DNA of 64,000 nucleotides from Cyanobacteriota bacterium. Lineage in GTDB: Bacteria > Cyanobacteriota > Cyanobacteriia > Thermostichales > Thermostichaceae. This document shows positions 61,166 through 64,000 of the stretch, piece by piece. Location of the stretch: assembly GCA_033764955.1 (NCBI GenBank), contig JANRIL010000006.1, positions 49,710 to 113,709 of the forward strand, in the 5' to 3' direction. A model generated the notes under the pieces. The model worked only from the letters and a program-made list of their open reading frames with translations. It did not search any database and was not told the origin of the DNA. A program made the position numbers and the translations under genes. Position 1 is the stretch's first letter, and each line of letters begins with the position of its first letter.

Positions 61166-63940
61166 TCAAGGCTGTTTTGGCGAGTCGGCCTGGGATGCTG
61201 GCACTCCATTCAAAATGCTGAAGCGCAGACCCACTTGATTTTCGCCGTTGGGCAGTCCTGTAATCCCCCCAAACCCATGCTGTCCGGCACTATTCCCCAC
61301 ATACAGATCCACCGCATAGAGCGAATTGCCAGAAGGCACCAGTTGCCGCACTCCGATTGTGTAAAGAGAAACGCTGCTGTCAATCGCTAGCGATTGTCCA
61401 GGAATTTCGGAGTCAATCAGTTGGTTTTGTCCACTAATAATGGGGGTATATTGCCCCATTAACTCGGTGGTTTCTCCCAGTTTCCAGGTGGTTCCCAGGG
61501 TGACACCCAAAATGTCATCGATCCCAATATATTGAGCAGGAATCACCAATTTTGGTGTCATGGAAAAGGTGACATTGGAATGGCGAGGTTGCAGGCGTAA
61601 AGGAACATCTCCATAGAGGGCATAGCCAGTAGGCACAGAGTCAGGACTACCGGAGGTATCGCGGAAGGTCAGTAATCCGGCGGTAATGGATGCGGACAAC
61701 CCTGGCTTGCCACGGTCAGGAATAACAGCTAGCCGCCCTAATAAATCTCGCTCAAACTCAAAGCTGGGATCCTCCGATCGCTCCAGAAAACTTTGGTGCA
61801 GAACCAGTTCCAGATCATCGAGCAATCCATAGCGAATCGTTTGATTAAAGCGATTTGGCCCCCCATCCAGCTCATAAATAATGCCATCCAACGGCAATGT
61901 CGTGCTGGGGAAACTGTTGAGTTGGGACAGGAATGCAGAACCATTTGGATAGGTTTGTCGCTTGACGATAGAGTATTTGCCTAACAAGTCTGGCAGATAG
62001 ACAAAATCGAGTCCTACGGCGGTGTCTCCTGCCGGTTGAGCTAACAAATTAGAGGGGGAAGCCGCGATTGGTCCGTAGCGATTAGTCAAATAAAGGTTTA
62101 CCCCTAAGCGGCTATTGGGGGAAAAGCGCACGCCCGCATTCCAAACCGGACGCCCGATAAATAAAGATCCACTGGCACTAGCATCAGCCGAGTTTTGCCC
62201 AGTCAAGATAGGTGTGTAGTCAGCCGAAAACTGTAAAAATTTGGCGAAATCATAGTCAAACCCTAAACCCAATCCGGCGACTGTGCCATAGTAGTCAAGC
62301 CGTTCTCCATCAAAGCCAATATCAGCTTCCAAAAAGGGATCCGGATCCCCTGACAAGATCGAGGCGGGCAGGCTATCTGGAAAAACACTGATTTGAGGAT
62401 TGAGGTGAAGGCGAGCCTTCGAAGTAAGCTGATAGGAAATAGGGGCAGCTAAACTAAAATGAATGGAATCATCAGTAGCCAATAATTCATTTGACTGAGA
62501 TAAGTTGTTGGTTCGCAGATAAACCTTACGGGCAGGAGAACTAAACCCCCTTTCAGCGGAGAAGGTTGTGGTAACCAAATTGGCATTAGGGATTTTGGCT
62601 CCCCCCACCAAAGCAAAACTAAGTTTTTCTCCCTTGTGAATTTGCCACTTAACTTGAGCTGAAAATCCTTGATCGTCAAAGTAGAGATCCTGCCCATCTC
62701 GCACAACATTTCTAAAGAATGTATCGTCTTTATTCTCAACACCAGCGGTAATTTGCAACTGATCCGTTAGACCATAATCCACCACGAAGCGGACATCATT
62801 GGAGCGGTTTTCTGCCCCACGGGAGCTGCGAAAATCGGCTGGGTTACTAAAAGAACTTCCCCCTACGGAGAGCATTAGTTCATTTTGTTGGAGGGCTTCC
62901 GCAGTCTCAAACCCAAACAACCGTGTCATCGGACGTTGCAAAGGGGACAAGTTTGCCTGACGGAGGGTGGGGGGCGGGGCGGGGTTGCTGGCGATAGGTT
63001 GCACTTCCGGGAAGGGCACCAGGGCATCCCGTTGTAAGGGAGGGGTGATATCACTCGCCCGTAACTGGCCGAGAAACGGTTGAGGCTGTAAAAGTTGATC
63101 GGTGATGGCCGGGGTATTGAGGGCAGCGGTGGGCAGATCGCTGATCGCAGGAGCCGTAAACGTAGGCTCGGTGCTGAGGGAGGAGGGCTGGTTCTGTTCG
63201 AGGGAAGGGGTAAGAATGACCGGAGCATCAGCCGGCTGGATCAAGTTAGCTTCTCCCGGCTGCGGAGGAGTCTGAGCGGAGGGATAGCTGGGGATCCCTG
63301 GCTTCGTAAATTCGATGGGTGGAATGGGGTTGCTAGCCGGAGGAGGGGATCCGGTCGCCTGGGTCGGAGGGGCGGGGGAAGTCGGGATGGATTTGTTGAG
63401 GGCTTTTTGCCGCACCTGCCGCAGCAACTCTTCCATGTAATCGGATGAGGGGGAGGACGGAGGAGGATCTGTTGTTACGCCTGGGGTGCTGGAAGGAACA
63501 ACATCACTGGAGGGGGTGGCTTGAGCAAGCAAGGGAGGGGGTGGCGTGTCAGACAGCACCGTTTTCATCTGTAGTCGCTCCCCCTTCCATTCTCCAATTT
63601 GTTGCTCCTCAGCAAGGGCTAAGAGGCGAGAAAAGGTCAAATCATCGGGTGGGTGGCTAGGGAGATCCTCTGGAGTTGAGAGATCTTTAGCAGGCAGCGG
63701 AGCCGTTTGGCCAGGTGCGAGGGAACTCCAGGTAATGGTGCTGGGGATCCCGGTATGTTGATATTGAGGCGGGAGCGCATAGCTGGCATATTGACTGTTG
63801 GGGGAAACTGTCGGGGTCTGGCTGACCACAATAGAAACATCCTCCGGTGCCGTAACTGCCCAAACACGGTCAGCGAGGACGGCTGTCGGTAGGATCCCCC
63901 AAGACAGGAGAGTCAGTGTCGATCGCGCACTCAAAGACAT
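61166..63940 (-). CDS. large exported protein: Pro/Ser-rich N-terminus plus two tandem outer-membrane beta-barrel-like repeats
   Basis: Signal-like N-terminus, alternating hydrophobic beta strands, internal duplication (YTPILTGQN / YTPIISGQN). Start may be 63988. Confidence 0.72.
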   Translation of the reverse strand: MSLSARSTLTLLSWGILPTAVLADRVWAVTAPEDVSIVVSQTPTVSPNSQYASYALPPQYQHTGIPSTITWSSLAPGQTAPLPAKDLSTPEDLPSHPPDDLTFSRLLALAEEQQIGEWKGERLQMKTVLSDTPPPPLLAQATPSSDVVPSSTPGVTTDPPPSSPSSDYMEELLRQVRQKALNKSIPTSPAPPTQATGSPPPASNPIPPIEFTKPGIPSYPSAQTPPQPGEANLIQPADAPVILTPSLEQNQPSSLSTEPTFTAPAISDLPTAALNTPAITDQLLQPQPFLGQLRASDITPPLQRDALVPFPEVQPIASNPAPPPTLRQANLSPLQRPMTRLFGFETAEALQQNELMLSVGGSSFSNPADFRSSRGAENRSNDVRFVVDYGLTDQLQITAGVENKDDTFFRNVVRDGQDLYFDDQGFSAQVKWQIHKGEKLSFALVGGAKIPNANLVTTTFSAERGFSSPARKVYLRTNNLSQSNELLATDDSIHFSLAAPISYQLTSKARLHLNPQISVFPDSLPASILSGDPDPFLEADIGFDGERLDYYGTVAGLGLGFDYDFAKFLQFSADYTPILTGQNSADASASGSLFIGRPVWNAGVRFSPNSRLGVNLYLTNRYGPIAASPSNLLAQPAGDTAVGLDFVYLPDLLGKYSIVKRQTYPNGSAFLSQLNSFPSTTLPLDGIIYELDGGPNRFNQTIRYGLLDDLELVLHQSFLERSEDPSFEFERDLLGRLAVIPDRGKPGLSASITAGLLTFRDTSGSPDSVPTGYALYGDVPLRLQPRHSNVTFSMTPKLVIPAQYIGIDDILGVTLGTTWKLGETTELMGQYTPIISGQNQLIDSEIPGQSLAIDSSVSLYTIGVRQLVPSGNSLYAVDLYVGNSAGQHGFGGITGLPNGENQVGLRFSILNGVPASQADSPKQP

Positions 63941-64000
63941 GAATGACTGAAACATCTGACCGCAACAAGCTACTGAATAGCTATTCACTATACAATATAT

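Overview
64 kb of a cyanobacterial chromosome. The very dense GGATCC/GGGATCCC palindromes and near-absence of canonical HIP1 (GCGATCGC) point to the Thermostichus / Yellowstone-type Synechococcus lineage (inference). Most of the window is core housekeeping: recA, the atp1-a-c-b'-b-delta-alpha-gamma operon, gpmI, carB, cobM, tkt, a phosphoketolase, rplS-tRNA-Trp-secE-nusG-rplKAJL, ndhF1/ndhD1 and tRNA-Ser(GCT). The most striking non-annotated structure is at 53.76-54.84 kb and reads as a miniature decayed integron. It has an attI-like site, one promoterless DUF4303-like gene cassette, a canonical-looking attC site and a probable 5' scrap of a divergent intI. The unit is enclosed by three copies of a 16-bp MITE-type terminal inverted repeat with TA flanks. 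Other points of interest: a multi-MshEN coiled-coil protein near a GGDEF/degenerate-EAL gene, a Pho-box-preceded Crp regulator plus PhoX pair, a Deinococcus-like CrtI, a tandem double beta-barrel outer-membrane protein next to a TPR gene, a vWA lipoprotein operon, and a frameshifted GGCT-like pseudogene. All family assignments come from motif recognition by eye; no searches were run.
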